The notes under the pieces: generated by a model
Seen by the model: the letters and a program-made list of their open reading frames with translations, nothing else
What the model was told of the DNA's origin: nothing
Databases searched by the model: none
Part shown: piece after piece, positions 1-12,729 of the stretch
Layout of the letters: every line of letters begins with the position of its first letter
Numbering within the stretch: position 1 is the stretch's first letter
Translations under genes and position numbers: made by a program
NCBI GenBank assembly: GCA_964016885.1
Contig: OZ024752.1
Coordinates: 22,506,001 to 22,570,000, forward strand
Reading direction: 5' to 3'
DNA from: Eledone cirrhosa
Lineage: Eukaryota
Length of the DNA: 64,000 nucleotides

Positions 1-2001
1 GCATTGGCTCCTTACTATAGGTCACGTATTTGTATAGGTTGTTTTTCTCCATCTGAACACAGTCCTCTATGCTGATAAGACCTCTTCCACCCTCAGATCT
101 CCTTAGGTAGAGTCTATCGACATCACTCCTCTTGTGGAACATGTTGTAGATAGTCAATAGCTTCCTAGTCTTCCTATCCATTTCTTTTTGTTCAGCAACA
201 TTCCATCTCAGAATTCCCGCACTGTACCTAATAATAGACACAGCTCGGGAATTTACTGCGCTTATGGCATTTCTGCTGTTCAGATGTGACTTCAATACGC
301 TCCTTACTCTCCGAATGTATTCAGTTCTTAACAATTCCTTCATTTTTTTGTTCTTTATGCCATCAGCCTCCAGAACGCCCAAATACTTGTATCCTTCCTC
401 AGAGTCAATTTCCTTTATCATCTCACCTGTTGGTATCTGGATCCCGTTACTTCTGCTCAACCTACCCCTCCTCATCACAATGACTCCACATTTACCAATA
501 CCAAACTGCATACATATATCACTGCTGAAAATACGGACAGTGTCAACAAGCACATCCAACTCCTTCTCACTTTTCCCGAAGAGCTTAAGATCGTCCATGA
601 AGAGGAGGTGATTGATGGTAAGCTCTCCCCTTCCCAACTTGTATCCTGCTCTCACTTTTCGCAGCATAATGGTCAAGGGCATCAGGGCAAGGACAAACAA
701 CAGAGGGGACAGGCTATCTCCCTGGAAGATACCTCTCTTGATCTTCACGCTTCCCAAGGATACTCCAGTTGATGTCAACTCTGTCTCCCAGGACCCCATA
801 CTCCTGCCCAGCAACTGTCTGATGTTATCTGCCACCCTGAAGATCTCCAGGCTTTTGGTGATCCAGGAATGAGGCACCATGTCAAATGCCTTTCTGTAGT
901 CTATCCATCCCATGGCAAGATCAGTGTGTCTCCTCCTGCAATTCCCCATTACCATCTTATCAATAAGCAACTGGTCCTTTGTACCACGTGACTTCTTTCG
1001 GCATCCTTTCTGTTCGTCCGGCAACAAGTTGTTTGTGTGGAGGTGATGGTAGATTTCCTCAGACACAATGCTCGTCAACAGTCTCCACATTACGGGCAGA
1101 CATGTGATAGGTCTATAGTTGGTAACATCATTACCCTTGATTCGGTCTTTCATTATCAGAACTGTGGTACCTTTTGTCAACCACTCTGGCACCTCACCCG
1201 ACACCAAGCAGTCATTGAACATGGCCGTCAGCTTCGGGTGGAGGGATGTTAAATGTTTAATCCAATACCCCTGCACACCATCTGGGCCTGGTGATTTCCA
1301 GTTGGTTAGTTTTTTGGCTTGCCCCTTAAGAGTTTCAACTGTGATACTCAAATCAGTCTGTTGCTGTGCCTGCTCACCGATCTCCCTCTGTACTGTCTCA
1401 ATCCACCCTGCCTGGGCATTGTGTCTAACATCCTGCTCCCATATTCCTCTCCAGAATGTTTTAGCTTGTTCCGCCCCAGGGATCAAGTCGGTGCCTCTTT
1501 CTTTCCCCTCAAGCTGTCCAAACAGCATCTTCTGGTTGTTGTCGAACATGCGGTTCTGTTTATACTGACTGACTCTGTTCTCGTATCGCCTGATTTTGGC
1601 ACACTTTGCTACAATGCGTTGCTTCAATTCCTCTATGATAATATTTAGCTTTTTACTCCTAGTTTTGTATTTTATTTCCAGTCTATTTTTAGTGCCTATG
1701 TTTTTTAGTGTCCCATTCAGTAGTGACTCAAGCTTTCCTATGTCATTTCTCATTTCCCCGATTTGCCCACTCAGTCGCTTCTTCCACCACGGCTCTGCTC
1801 TTTCTTGTCTGTTGTTTCCTCTCGCTTTTATACCAAGTAGTTTCCTCACCGTATTTGCTGTTGCTTTGAGGATATTGTTGCACTGGTGAAGACTCCTCGC
1901 CTCAAGGTATGGGATGACTTTGTTTACCTTAGCTGTTGTTTCTTTTAACTTTTTCCTGTCTACAAATCTTAGGTTCATAGGTCTCCCACTATCATTGTTC
2001 A
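1..2001 (-). mobile_element. R4/Dong-clade non-LTR retrotransposon, 5'-truncated copy 1 (RT ORF runs off the left window edge)
   Basis: Minus-strand frame reads ...EPWWKKRLSGQI...EELKQRIVAKCAKIRRYENR... into RT motifs WIDYRKAFDMVPH, RGIFQGDSLSPLLF and HLLFMDDLK. Bases 1-979 are near-identical to 5911-6882. The 5' end abuts (ATT)n at 2002. Confidence 0.88.

Positions 2002-2058
<57 letters not shown>
2002..2058. repeat. (ATT)n microsatellite
   Basis: Direct reading. Confidence 0.98.
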
Positions 2059-2259
2059 GTGCTTAGTCTCTCGAGACGTGTGTAACTACGACGGAGTAAG
2101 TCAGGATGAATTTTATGAACTTATCGAAACTTTTATATAGTAATTTTTACATTGTTGTGTAGTTAAAGAGCCCCTCTTTCAAAGGAGGTGGGTTTTCAAC
2201 TGCATCTCTTGACCTTAAGGGCTGAATTTGTATTTATTTACAATCATTACCCTCAATTG

Positions 2260-4853
2260 AGGTCATCCCCGATGTAATAGACCTGCACGACGGCAGCCAT
2301 CTATCTGTGACTGTCGAAGGGAGGCGCCAAGAGAACACGACGAGCACATGCTACTTGATCCCGGGCAGATATGTGCGGCTTTTCAGCAGCACTTTTTCCC
2401 AGCTGTTCGGGAAGCAGTAGCACGCCGGATCGAGAGATGGACTTTAGTGCCTACCACTACGGACTGCCGCGACTCTCAGCCACTGAGGCGGAGTGTTGCG
2501 AAAAGCCGATAACAGCTGCTAAAGTACAGGAGGCAATGACTGGCTGCACAAGGGGTAAATCGCCTGGTTTAGATGGTCTGCCCAACGAACTTTACGTACA
2601 TATACCAGGCTTGTTCGGAGGCCTCTTGGCGAGCGTCTACTGCAACTGGCAGCAGAACGGGAGAATTCCCAGCTCTGTGAGCCAAGGAGAGGTAGCGCTG
2701 CTGAGAAAGGATCCGAACAAGGGGGATAACATAGATAATTTCAGGCCCATAACTCTGCTAAACACAGAGTTCAAGATTTGGGCTAATGTGCTAGCAAAGA
2801 GGTTCGCGATTGTCATCGGTGGTCTGGTGGGAGAGGCGCAGACATGCGCCATTCCAGACAGATCCATCCACGACAACCTCCACCTCATGCGATACATCGT
2901 GAAGAGGGTTGCTAGGGAACCTGGCACGAGTGGGTCCTTGATCAATTTAGATCAGTCGAAAGCTTTCGATAGGGTCGACCATCATTATGTGGCGGCAGTC
3001 CTGAGGCGGGGCCAGCTTTGGGCCTGTCTTCAGAGGCTGGATTGCTGCCATGCACAGCGACATCGGCTATGTGGTGAGAGTGAACGGTCACCTTTCGGAA
3101 CCGTTCAACATCATGCGTTCGGTCGACCAAGGATGTCCTCTCTCGTCTGTGTTGTACGTATTAACTCTCGAACCATTACTGCACTAAATAGAGATGCTGA
3201 GGGGGGTCCTGCGGAAGAACCGTGTCAGCATATGCAGACGACGTCACCGTAGTGGTGTCGAACGCCAAACATATCGAGGCGATCGGCACTACACTAAGAG
3301 AATACGAGGCGGTGACAGGAGCAATGATCAACCAGGAAAATTGGTGGGCCTGCAGCTCGACACCTGGAGAAGCAGATCCATGCCGTCCAACAGCGTCGTT
3401 GGGCGTCGGACGGACGGACCGGTTAAATTGCTAGTGGTCTGGTTCGGTCCGGGCCTCCAGACGGACAAAAAATGGGATGAGGTGACGAGGAGGGTGGCCT
3501 CTCTCACTCAGAAATGGGATGAGGAAGCTATCCCTGAAAGGTCGAGCGGAGGTGGCGAACGCGTACATCGCATCCGTCATCTACTACCGCATGACCGTCG
3601 TGCCTTGTCCTAAGCCTCGCCTGACTGCACTGGAGCGTTTGCTCTTTTGCTTTTTGTGGAAGGAACGTGCTCTGATAGTCAGGCGGTCAAGCTGCTGTTA
3701 ACACCCGCTATGCAGAGGACTGAGCACGCCGTGGCTGATGATGCACAGACATGCTCTCAGGCTACGGCATCTCCACCTCCTCCTCGATGGTGATCAGGTG
3801 TGGTCGCCATTTGCTAGATGTTTCTTTCCCCAGCTCGTCTCCTTGACTGAGCTGCAGTCCTGGGTCAAGCAAAAACCGAGAGGGAGCGGGTGGAGACTGG
3901 AATGTCTTCAGGCGCTTACAGCCCTCGACCAGTCGGGCAATGCGATCATTGGCGTTCTATAGAGGGTTAGTGGAGGGAAAGAGCGACGACATCCTTGGGG
4001 AGACTCTGGGCGCCGACGAAAACCAACTAGCCAATCTCTTTGGGAGACTTTCAGGTCGGGGCCCATGGACAATTTCCAGAAATCCCTGGCCTGGCAGTGC
4101 TACCGAGGAGCCTTGCCAGTTCAGGATAAAGTCTATAGGCCTGTAGGTGCCATCATCCGGACCTGTCCGAGAAGCGCGCAGGGATACGCAACCGTCCTTC
4201 ACGCACTCGTCCAGTGTCCGAACATTGCTGACTTGTGGGTTTATGTCGAACACCTGCTGTCGCGTGTAGGACGGATCCAGCTATCAGTTGAGTCCATCGT
4301 GAGGATTGCCCTTGCCGCCTTTCTTTAGCTGGGAAGGGCAGGCAGTTTTTATCTCTCTGGTGGCCATGGTGATAGAGATAGTATGGTGGACACGTCTGAA
4401 AGGGTTGAAGACGGGTACTTTCCTCTTCGGTGATGCCCTCATTAACTTTTTCAGGTTTCACCTAAAAAGGAAAATCGGGGTGGAGAGGGAAGTGCTGCCT
4501 TCCAGCCAGTTTGTTGAAAGGTGGGTGAGAGAAGCAAGAAAGGCTCGTGTGAATGGGCCTGCCCATGGTGTGTAGCTATAGTGTCATAGGAGGAAAACTG
4601 GAAGAGGGCACTTGCCCTAGCGGTCAGGGTAACCGTGGCTTTTTTGTGATCTTTCTTCACGAGTGACCCTCGGAAGTCTCCCCCCCCCCCACCTCTATTG
4701 GGGAATTTTTCGTTGTTTTCTTTTTTTGTTACATCCTCTGTTTTTGCTTTTTTTTTTTTACATGCAGAAATGCCCATTTGTACCGTCCTGTATTGTCCTG
4801 TGTTGTCCTTAATGTTATACTTTGTGTCAACCCTTGTGGTTAATAAAGAAAGC
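2260..4853 (+). mobile_element. L1/Tx1-clade LINE, degenerate (ORF1 scrap, frameshifted ORF2 RT and C-terminal Zn motif, 3'UTR)
   Basis: GKSPGLDGLPNELY, FRPITLLNTEFKI, QTCAIPDRSIHDNL, LINLDQSKAFDRVDH, SAYADDVT, CPRS...LHALVQCP. AATAAA at 4842, then an ATT tail. A sister copy lies at 52890-54500. Confidence 0.85.
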
Positions 4854-4879
4854 ATTATTATTATTATTATTATTAATAT

Positions 4880-4969
4880 AACTTTGCCTTTCATCCTTCC
4901 GGGGTCGATAGAATAAAGTACCTGTAATGCATTGGGTAATTGCTGGCCTTGTGCCAAAAGTAGAAACAA
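4880..4969 (+). mobile_element. 3' fragment of tRNA-derived SINE (same family as 18858-19040)
   Basis: ttgcctttcatccttccggggtcgatagaataaagtacc...ggccttgtgccaaaagtagaaacaatt matches the 3' half of the full copy. Other fragments lie near 8708, 14165, 16217 and 49960. Confidence 0.75.
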
Positions 4970-4994
4970 TTATTATTATTATTATTGTTGTTAT

Positions 4995-6880
4995 TCTTTG
5001 AGTCTCAGTCATTGATGTTAGTTAACTGGAAAGTCCGTTGGATTGAATATCAAGTCACTACCTGCAGCCTCAGATATTCAGGACGTATCGGAGGGTTCTT
5101 GCTGTTCCAAGCAAGCATGCCTTTTGAAGCGTTCCAAAAAGCGTGAAGGGGCCGATTTTCTTTAACCATCCCTGGAAACTTTTGGAGATAGTCCCCAGTG
5201 CGCCTATGACAATCGGGATCACTTTGACTTCATGGCAGTTCCAAATCCTTTTCGCCTCCCACTTTAGGTCCTGGTATCGGTTAATTTTCTCCCTCTCCTT
5301 CTCTTGCACTCTCGTGTCGAACGGGCAGGCCACATCCACAATCAGACACGATCTTTTTTCTTTGTCCACAACCATCAGGTCAGGTCTATTGTGTTCCAGT
5401 TTTTTGTCCGTCTGTATCCTAAAATCCCACAGCACCTTCACCTGATTGTTCTCCATCACCGCCTCTGGCCTATGCTCATACCATTTCTCAGAATGTGGTA
5501 AATTGTTTACTTTGCACAGGTGCCAGTGGATCACGCTGCCCATCACATCGTGTCTCCAGCCCTTATAGTGGGTCTGGGCTAGGTGTTTACACTCGGACAC
5601 AATGTGAGCCACAGTCTCCTCTCTCTCTCTCCACAGATCCTGCACAGTGGGCTAGCCTCCTCCTTGTAAATATGGTGCTTCAACCACTTCGTTTTGAGGG
5701 CCTGCTCCTGCGCAGCCATTAGCATTCCTTCTGTAGCCTTTTTGAGGTCTCCTCTTCTCAACCAGTTCCATGTCTGTGGATCTCTAAATTCAGTTTTCTC
5801 AAAGAAGGTACTATGAAAGGATTTTCCCTTAAGGCTGCTCTTCCTCCTTGATGTTATTTCCTCCTTGGACATCCCCTGGCCTACTGTCCCCTCCTTCAGT
5901 ACAGTTCTGAGCATTGGCTCCTTACTATAGGTCACGTATTTGTATAGGTTGTTTTTCTCCATCTGAACACAGTCCTCTATGCTGATAAGACCTCTTCCAC
6001 CCTCTGATCTCCTTAGGTAGAGTCTATCGACATCACTCCTCTTGTGGAACATGTTGTAGATATTCAATAGCTTCCTAGTCTTCCTATCCATTTCTTTTTG
6101 TTCAGCAACATTCCATCTCAGAATTCCCGCACTGTACCTAATAATAGACACAGCTCGGGAATTTACTGCGCTTATGGCATTTCTGCTGTTCAGATGTGAC
6201 TTCAATACGCTCCTTACACGTATTCAGTTCTTAACAATTCCTTCATTTTTTTGTTCTTTATGCCATCAGCCTCCAGAACGCCCAAATACTTGTATCCTTC
6301 CTCAGAGTCAATTTCCTTTATCATCTCACCTGTTGGTATCTGGATCCCGTTACTTCTGCTCAACCTACCCCTCCTCATCACAATGACTCCACATTTACCA
6401 ATACGAAACTGCATACATATATCACTGCTGAAAATACGGACAGTGTCAACAAGCATATCCAACTCCTTCTCACTTTTCCCGAAGAGCTTAAGATCGTCCA
6501 TGAAGAGGAGGTGATTGATGGTAAGCTCTCCCCTTCCCAACTTGTATCCTGCTCTCACTTTTCGCAGCATAATGGTCAAGGGCATCAGGGCAAGGACAAA
6601 CAACAGAGGGGACAGGCTATCTCCCTGGAAGATACCTCTCTTGATCTTCACGCTTCCTAAGGATACTCCAGTTGATGTCAACTCTGTCTCCCAGGACCCC
6701 ATACTCCTGCCTAGCAACTGTCTGATGTTATCTGCCACCCTGAAGATCTCCAGGCTTTTGGTGATCCAAGAATGAGGCACCATATCAAATGCCTTTCTGT
6801 AGTCTATCCATCCCATGGCAAGATCAGTGTGTCTCCTCCTGCAATTCCCCATTACCATCTTATCAATAAGCAACTGGTCC

Positions 6881-6882
<2 letters not shown>
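4995..6882 (-). mobile_element. R4/Dong-clade non-LTR retrotransposon, 5'-truncated copy 2 with RT, CCHC knuckle and restriction-like endonuclease
   Basis: ORFs 6214-6873, 5579-6205 and 5070-5645 give LFMDD, CRICGE...HIVSEC, RHD, LWDFRIQTD, RPDLMVVDK...IVDVACPFD and KINRYQDL. A net 7-bp deletion versus copy 1 near 6218 causes a frameshift. Both ends lie in ATT repeats. Confidence 0.9.

Positions 6883-6939
<57 letters not shown>
6881..6939. repeat. (ATT)n microsatellite
   Basis: Direct reading. Confidence 0.98.
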
Positions 6940-7920
6940 GAAGGTGAAGCCACGCTTCTTATCGGCTCTAGTTTTTTCCTCCTAAAGCTGCTGCTTCACC
7001 TTTTATTTATATATCCCTCTTGGTTGTCCATCGTAAACGATGATGACATCTTTATTGTTGTTCCCGTCTGCCGTTGGCACGAATGTGGCTGTGGTGGCCG
7101 ATCCTTGACTTACAGGTCTGAGGACAGTGGGGTCAGGGGAAGAGACCGGAGTCAGACTGGCAACTCCCAGAGGTTACCTCCACCTATTACCTCCGCCTCT
7201 TGCCTATCGCCGCAGGGCTTTGGGAGTGCACGCTAAAGAAGACACCTGTGCGGGCAAGGTTTATAGTGGGAGGGCCAGTGCACAGTGACGATCCCACTCA
7301 CTCGGCCGCAGAAGCCAGAATCTGGTGGTACGGAGGATCGTCACAACCAGGGACTTCCTTGGCTGCAGTGGATGCAGGAGCAGGCATCCCCTATCTAACT
7401 CACTGGGAGGTTTCAGACCCATCCGGCTACCCTCAACCTGGTTCGGCCCACCAGCCAAGGCGGTTTACCGGGGTGTGGCCGCTGTCGTATTCTACAACTT
7501 CTTGGGGCCATAGGTGAGAGCTGAGTGTCAGGTGGGACCCAATGCATGACGAGCTGACCTGAAAAGGGCATGGCTAGCCCCCCCCTACAGAGGTACATGC
7601 TCCTCCCTGACACCCCAGGCAGATACACACGCATACACATATGTACATGTGTATATACATATTTACACATTTTTGGATAGCCGTTGACTCTTATGAGTTC
7701 TTCCGCGCTTTGTCAGGTTTTGTTTTCTGTCCTGCAGGGTGCCCAAAATCACCCGCCTCACCAAGTTTGGTGAGGTTGCCAGTTTAGTCGCCTACGACCC
7801 GACCATGCGACAGGTTGTACTGGTTTACATGTTACCAGTAGCACTCAAGAGTGACCTGACATTTATATATATATATATATATCATCATCATCATCATCAT
7901 TGTTTAATGTCCATTTTTCC

Positions 7921-8545
7921 TCACTACAAAGATTGCAAGCAGCTGGTACAGTCCTCATTTAGAAATATGAAGGATGCTTGGTGGATGGCTAAAGCACCGG
8001 AACTACAAGAAGCTGCTGATAAAAAGGACTCACAAGCCTTTTATAACGGTCTCAAGGCAGTGTATGGTCCGAGGGAGGGCAGGTCAAATCCAGTGCTTTC
8101 CTCTGATGAAACAACCCTATTCATGGACAAAGCTGAGATTCTCACTCACTGGAAGAAACACTTTGAGAAGGTCCTTAATACAGAATCAAAGGTTGATGAA
8201 GATGTAATTTTATCTACTCCACAAAGGCCGGAGATCTCTGAATTACCATTAAACCTAAACTTGAATGAAATAAAAGCTGCTATCAGGCAGCTATCATCCA
8301 ATAAGGCTCCTGGTAAAGATAGCATTCCACTTGAAATCTTCAAATTTGGTGGTAAAAAACTGATCCGTAAAAAACCGATCTTCAGCTATTTCTAGAGATC
8401 TGGAGGGTTGGGAGCATCCCCCAGGACTTCAGAGATGCATCAATAATCCACCTGTTCAAAAACAAAAGTAAAAAATCTATTTGCGACAACTCTTGCGACA
8501 TCTCCTTCTCTGTATTGCTGGTAAGATACTATCCCGTGTTATTAG
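7921..8545 (+). mobile_element. RTE (BovB-like) LINE ORF fragment, region N-terminal to and including the RT start
   Basis: WWMAKAPELQEAAD...FYNGLKAVYGP...HWKKHFEKVLN...KAPGKDSIPLEIFKFGG, followed by a frameshifted IPQDFRDASIIHLFK. Confidence 0.8.
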
Positions 8546-8939
8546 CAGACCCACTGATCAGCCAGATTTGCATATCAGCAGATAAGCCAGTCAGTTTCAT
8601 GTATAAGAACAATTAATGGCTGGCTTTGCCATATTCAAATAAACAAATAGTTTATCGCTCTACATGGCTGAATACAATAAATGTGATCTGAGTTTTTCAA
8701 ATATTAATAATTGTTTCTATTTTAGGCACAAGGCCAGCAATTACCCAGTACATAATAATAATATTCGATTTGTTTGCAATTATGAAAGAGCCTCTTTAAA
8801 GCCATGTCAGTAGAATGAAACCTTCATTCTTGCTCTTGTGTTGGCATGTAAACAGAACTGCAGACACTAATGTTTCTAGGTGATTAGCCTTTATCAGTAC
8901 AGTATACTGCCTACTTGCCAACTGTCAGAGCTAATGAAA

Positions 8940-9665
8940 ATGTGTGACACCTACACCTACACAACCACTCTACAGTGTGGGCTGAGTGCTTTTTGTTGTG
9001 ACACCCACACAACTACTTTACAGTGTGGGCTGGAGTCTTCACTGGACGTATGCTACAGCCTCTCCTCATAAGATGTATGGGAGGATAGGGTGGGGGTGAT
9101 GCATACTATATACATGTATGCTTCAGCTTCAGCCTGTGCCCATGGGTAGGTGGGTCTTCTGTATTACTGCATATATATATATATATATATATATCATCAT
9201 CAATATTTAATGTCCACTTTTCCACACTGGTATGGGTTAGATGAGTTATCCTGTTATGGACAATGCCAGGTCATCAGGTGACCATGTCTTGCTCATACAG
9301 AACTGATTTGGCTTGCTTTCTACAGCTGGATGCCCTTCCATTTACAGTGAATACTGGGTGCTTTTTGATGTGACACCTACACAACCACTTTACAGTGTGC
9401 GCTGGAGGCTTCACTGCATGTATACTTCAGCTCGACCTCATGGAAGATGAATGGGAGGGTAGGGCGGGGTGGCGTGGTGTGGTGCATACTACATATATGC
9501 TTCAGTCTTGGCCTGTGCCTATTGGAAGTCTGGTTTTCTGTAATACTGCATAACACCAGAGATCTCGGTCATGTGTCATCCATCATCTTTGAGAGGTGCA
9601 ATATGGCAAGGTCAGCTTTTATCACCTCGTCCCAAGTCTTCCTGGGTCTTCCTACTCCTAGGCTT
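8940..9665 (-). mobile_element. RTE LINE 3'-end fragments carrying 1-2 copies of the 48-bp 3'UTR motif
   Basis: 9340-9660 is homologous to 13400-13660. Minus strand reads GRPRKTWDEVIKADL, and a (CAT)n tail complement lies at about 9194. Confidence 0.7.
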
Positions 9666-9899
9666 ATATATATGTATGTATGTATTATACATGTCCATTA
9701 CATACTATATATTTACCACAGAGCGGGTGGATAGTGTTTTGTGACTAACAAATTGAGGTGTAATAGGTCTAATGAATTGAGATGTTATAGGAGGATTAGT
9801 AGAGCTATCTAAGGGAAGTGGAGGCCGAAAGAGTCCACGGCGGATCCACAGCAACATTGGTGTAGCTCGCAGATCCGGAGGCCGAGCCTCAAGGAAACG

Positions 9900-11510
9900 C
9901 CGATGCGCACAAAGCTAACTATAGATTTTAAGGAAAGTTTTAGACATCTTGTGCCTACAAGTGTTGAAGAAGTTTGAATGTTTGTTTATTAGTTGGTGCT
10001 CATCATGTATAATATGCAGAGCTTCGGTAATGCACCATGACAGAGAGTATTGTGTTCTAACCTGCTTAACTCTAATTGTTCTGTGCTCCATCACTTATCA
10101 ATGTGGTTTTAAGAAGTGGCGATGGTTGACTCACTTAGCCTTAAAACTGGTCGCTGTGGCACAAATTTATTTGTATGTTGTGTCACTAGTGGTAACCTTA
10201 CACTCATATACATTTGTACAGAAGTATTTATTCTGCATAGGGCAGTTAGCTAGAATTTTACAGTTACAGTCATTGTTTTGTGTTTTGTTGTAATCATGTC
10301 TATAGGGGTGGTTGTCTACCTGGTTTAGGTGAATAGAGTTGTGTCTGTTAGGTCCCTTACTATGTTTCCCCAAAGTATTTATGTAATACTCACAGCTAGA
10401 AGTAATGTCAAATATAATGATGAACTTTGGACACACAGGGACAGACTTAATGATTTTGACATCACCATAGGCTCCACGAACTCCACCCAGGTAACAGACC
10501 TTGTTGGATGATACATTCTCCACCTAATTAAACATAGGATACTGGTACTGGACAGAGGTTTGTACGGCAGTGATGCACTTTTTATCTTGTTTAAAAGAGA
10601 TAATCTGAATAGGAAAAAGAAAATGAACATTAAATTTTTTTAATAATTATGATCTAATAAGTTGAAATAGGTACTTATAGAAAAATAGTCAATTTCCTCG
10701 ACATAACCTTAAACCTTCATTCTGGCCTCTATTACTCATATCACAAATTAAACAAAAATCTCAGTTATGTTAGCTACAACTCTAACCACCCACGGATGAT
10801 GATTATGGCTAATGTTAATAATGTGATTAAGAGAATTTCTATGCTTTTTACGAATAGGGACATTTTTAATGGTAGGGCTAGTTACTACAATGACACACAA
10901 GCAAGGGCTGGATACAAGGAGAAAATGAAATACATAGGTAGTGATAGTTGACAACACATCTATAGACAACTCATAGAGCAACCACTGACATATGTACCCT
11001 AACCTGAAAATACAAGCTGAGGCAACTCACATAAGCATTGCATAGATAGCACTAATATAGCAAATTCTAGATGTAGCAAGACAACAACCATTGGCTTAAC
11101 TGTAGGGTCAGATATAGACAGAGCAGCCCATAGACACAATAACCCCACTACTACTTGTCACAAGGGGAAATCAAACATGCCCTCCACATCCTCTAGTGCA
11201 TCTGTACACCTTAAGGAACCCTCCCCCTCACACACACACTAAACACATAGAACACAATGAAACAAAGTAACGACAGAACAAAATCTACTTGTGTTGTAGC
11301 TCACCTCACTACTCGTGGCTTAAAATTAACATCAGCTGATGTTTTTTCAAGGTATTTGATGTTTCCCCAAATCACATAGGAATGAGTGTAACAGTATTTG
11401 CACCTGTATAATACATAAATACCTTGAGGAAACATAGTAAGGGGCCTAACAGACATGACTCTATTCACCCACACCAGGTAGTCAACCACCCCTATAGACA
11501 TAATTACAAC
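9900..11510. mobile_element. Penelope-like element (Neptune-type), degenerate, with inverted 5' part
   Basis: Minus strand 10385-9900 has a Cys linker (CNCKILANCPMQNK) and a GIY-YIG remnant ending FFNTCRHK. Plus strand from 10385 has RT motifs ILTARSNVKYNDELW...FDITIGSTNSTQVTDLVG. 10295-10385 is an inverted duplicate of 11410-11505. Confidence 0.75.
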
Positions 11511-12239
11511 ACAATACATACATTTTTATAATATATATACGTCTGAATAAAAAGAGTTTAAATTTTAAACTTATTAAATAAGTTTCGATGTGATTGAAGT
11601 GTCTAGTGTAAGGAAAGGGCACCTTAAGACTTTAACTATAAACATTTATTTTTTTACATTCCAAGCGACTACTGTGGCTGGTCTTCATTGGTAACTAATG
11701 GCACGATCGTTGGTATAATTTCTGTACGATAGTCACTGGCTGTTTTTGGTGTTTAAATACAAAAGTGTGTTTAATGAGTTTATATGTACTTAAATCATGT
11801 AGAAGAGGTATTTTAAGCTTAAACTATGAAAACAATGACTGTCTTTATGGTCTCTCTATATCGCGTTTGGTTCTGGAACGTACACCCCCACCCCCAGCCC
11901 ACCCCCACGATAAACAGGGGATTATCGTATTATGAAAGTAACAATTTATTTCGGTACATATTATTACCTGTCTTTTTTGTATTCTCTCTTACTTTATTGC
12001 CATTTTCTTTCTTCTGCTTGTTATTCCATTTTAGATATTCCTACAGAATGGAGAAACAGAGACGATTCCAAAATATAATAGCCACATTGTTTTTGTATGA
12101 ATTCAGGAAAATAAATAGAATTGAATTCAATATATATAAAATTTTTATACCTCAAAATAAATACTACCATTACATGTCCGGGGTATGTATACATCTCTCT
12201 TACATTCTGTATATATATATATATAGCTATATATAGGGT

Positions 12240-12553
12240 AAAGACCACTCTTCGGTCACAAATGACTATCAGATTTGAACCTAGAAAGTTCCTCTCCGAG
12301 GCACATGTCCAGGCAAGGCTGTTTGTGGAAGCCCATCAGTCATCCATACATACAAGTCTCCTCTCTCCACACCACTGATGATGTCCAAGGAAAAGGCAAA
12401 GGTGATACAGCTTGGCACCAGTGACGCCACAACTTATTTCTACAGTTGAGTGACGTGGAGCAACGTGAAATAAAGTTTCTTGCTCAAGAACACAATGCAA
12501 AGCCCGATTCGATTATTGAACTTACAACTCCACAATTGTAAGCTCTAACCACT
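12240..12553 (-). mobile_element. tRNA-derived SINE, degenerate
   Basis: Minus strand starts tagtggttagagc...gttcaataatc, then gtgttcttgagcaagaaacttta, as in the copies at 51773-52036 and 61590-61712. Confidence 0.65.
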
Positions 12554-12632
12554 AATATATATAATCTCCCTTACATTCTATATATTCAGTTTCCTTACAG
12601 GCTATATATATATATAAAGAAAGCTCCCTTTC

Positions 12633-12635
<3 letters not shown>

Positions 12636-12727
<92 letters not shown>
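12636..12727. repeat. (TA)n microsatellite
   Basis: Direct reading. Confidence 0.98.

Positions 12728-12729
<2 letters not shown>

Noticed and set aside
264-1889. Plus-strand ORFs over the first LINE, and similar antisense ORFs over other TEs
   Set aside because: They are shadows of the opposite-strand RT frames.
11560-11640. Possible minus-strand hammerhead (GAAActtatt-t-aataagTT)
   Set aside because: The CUGANGA box and stem I are too degenerate to support.
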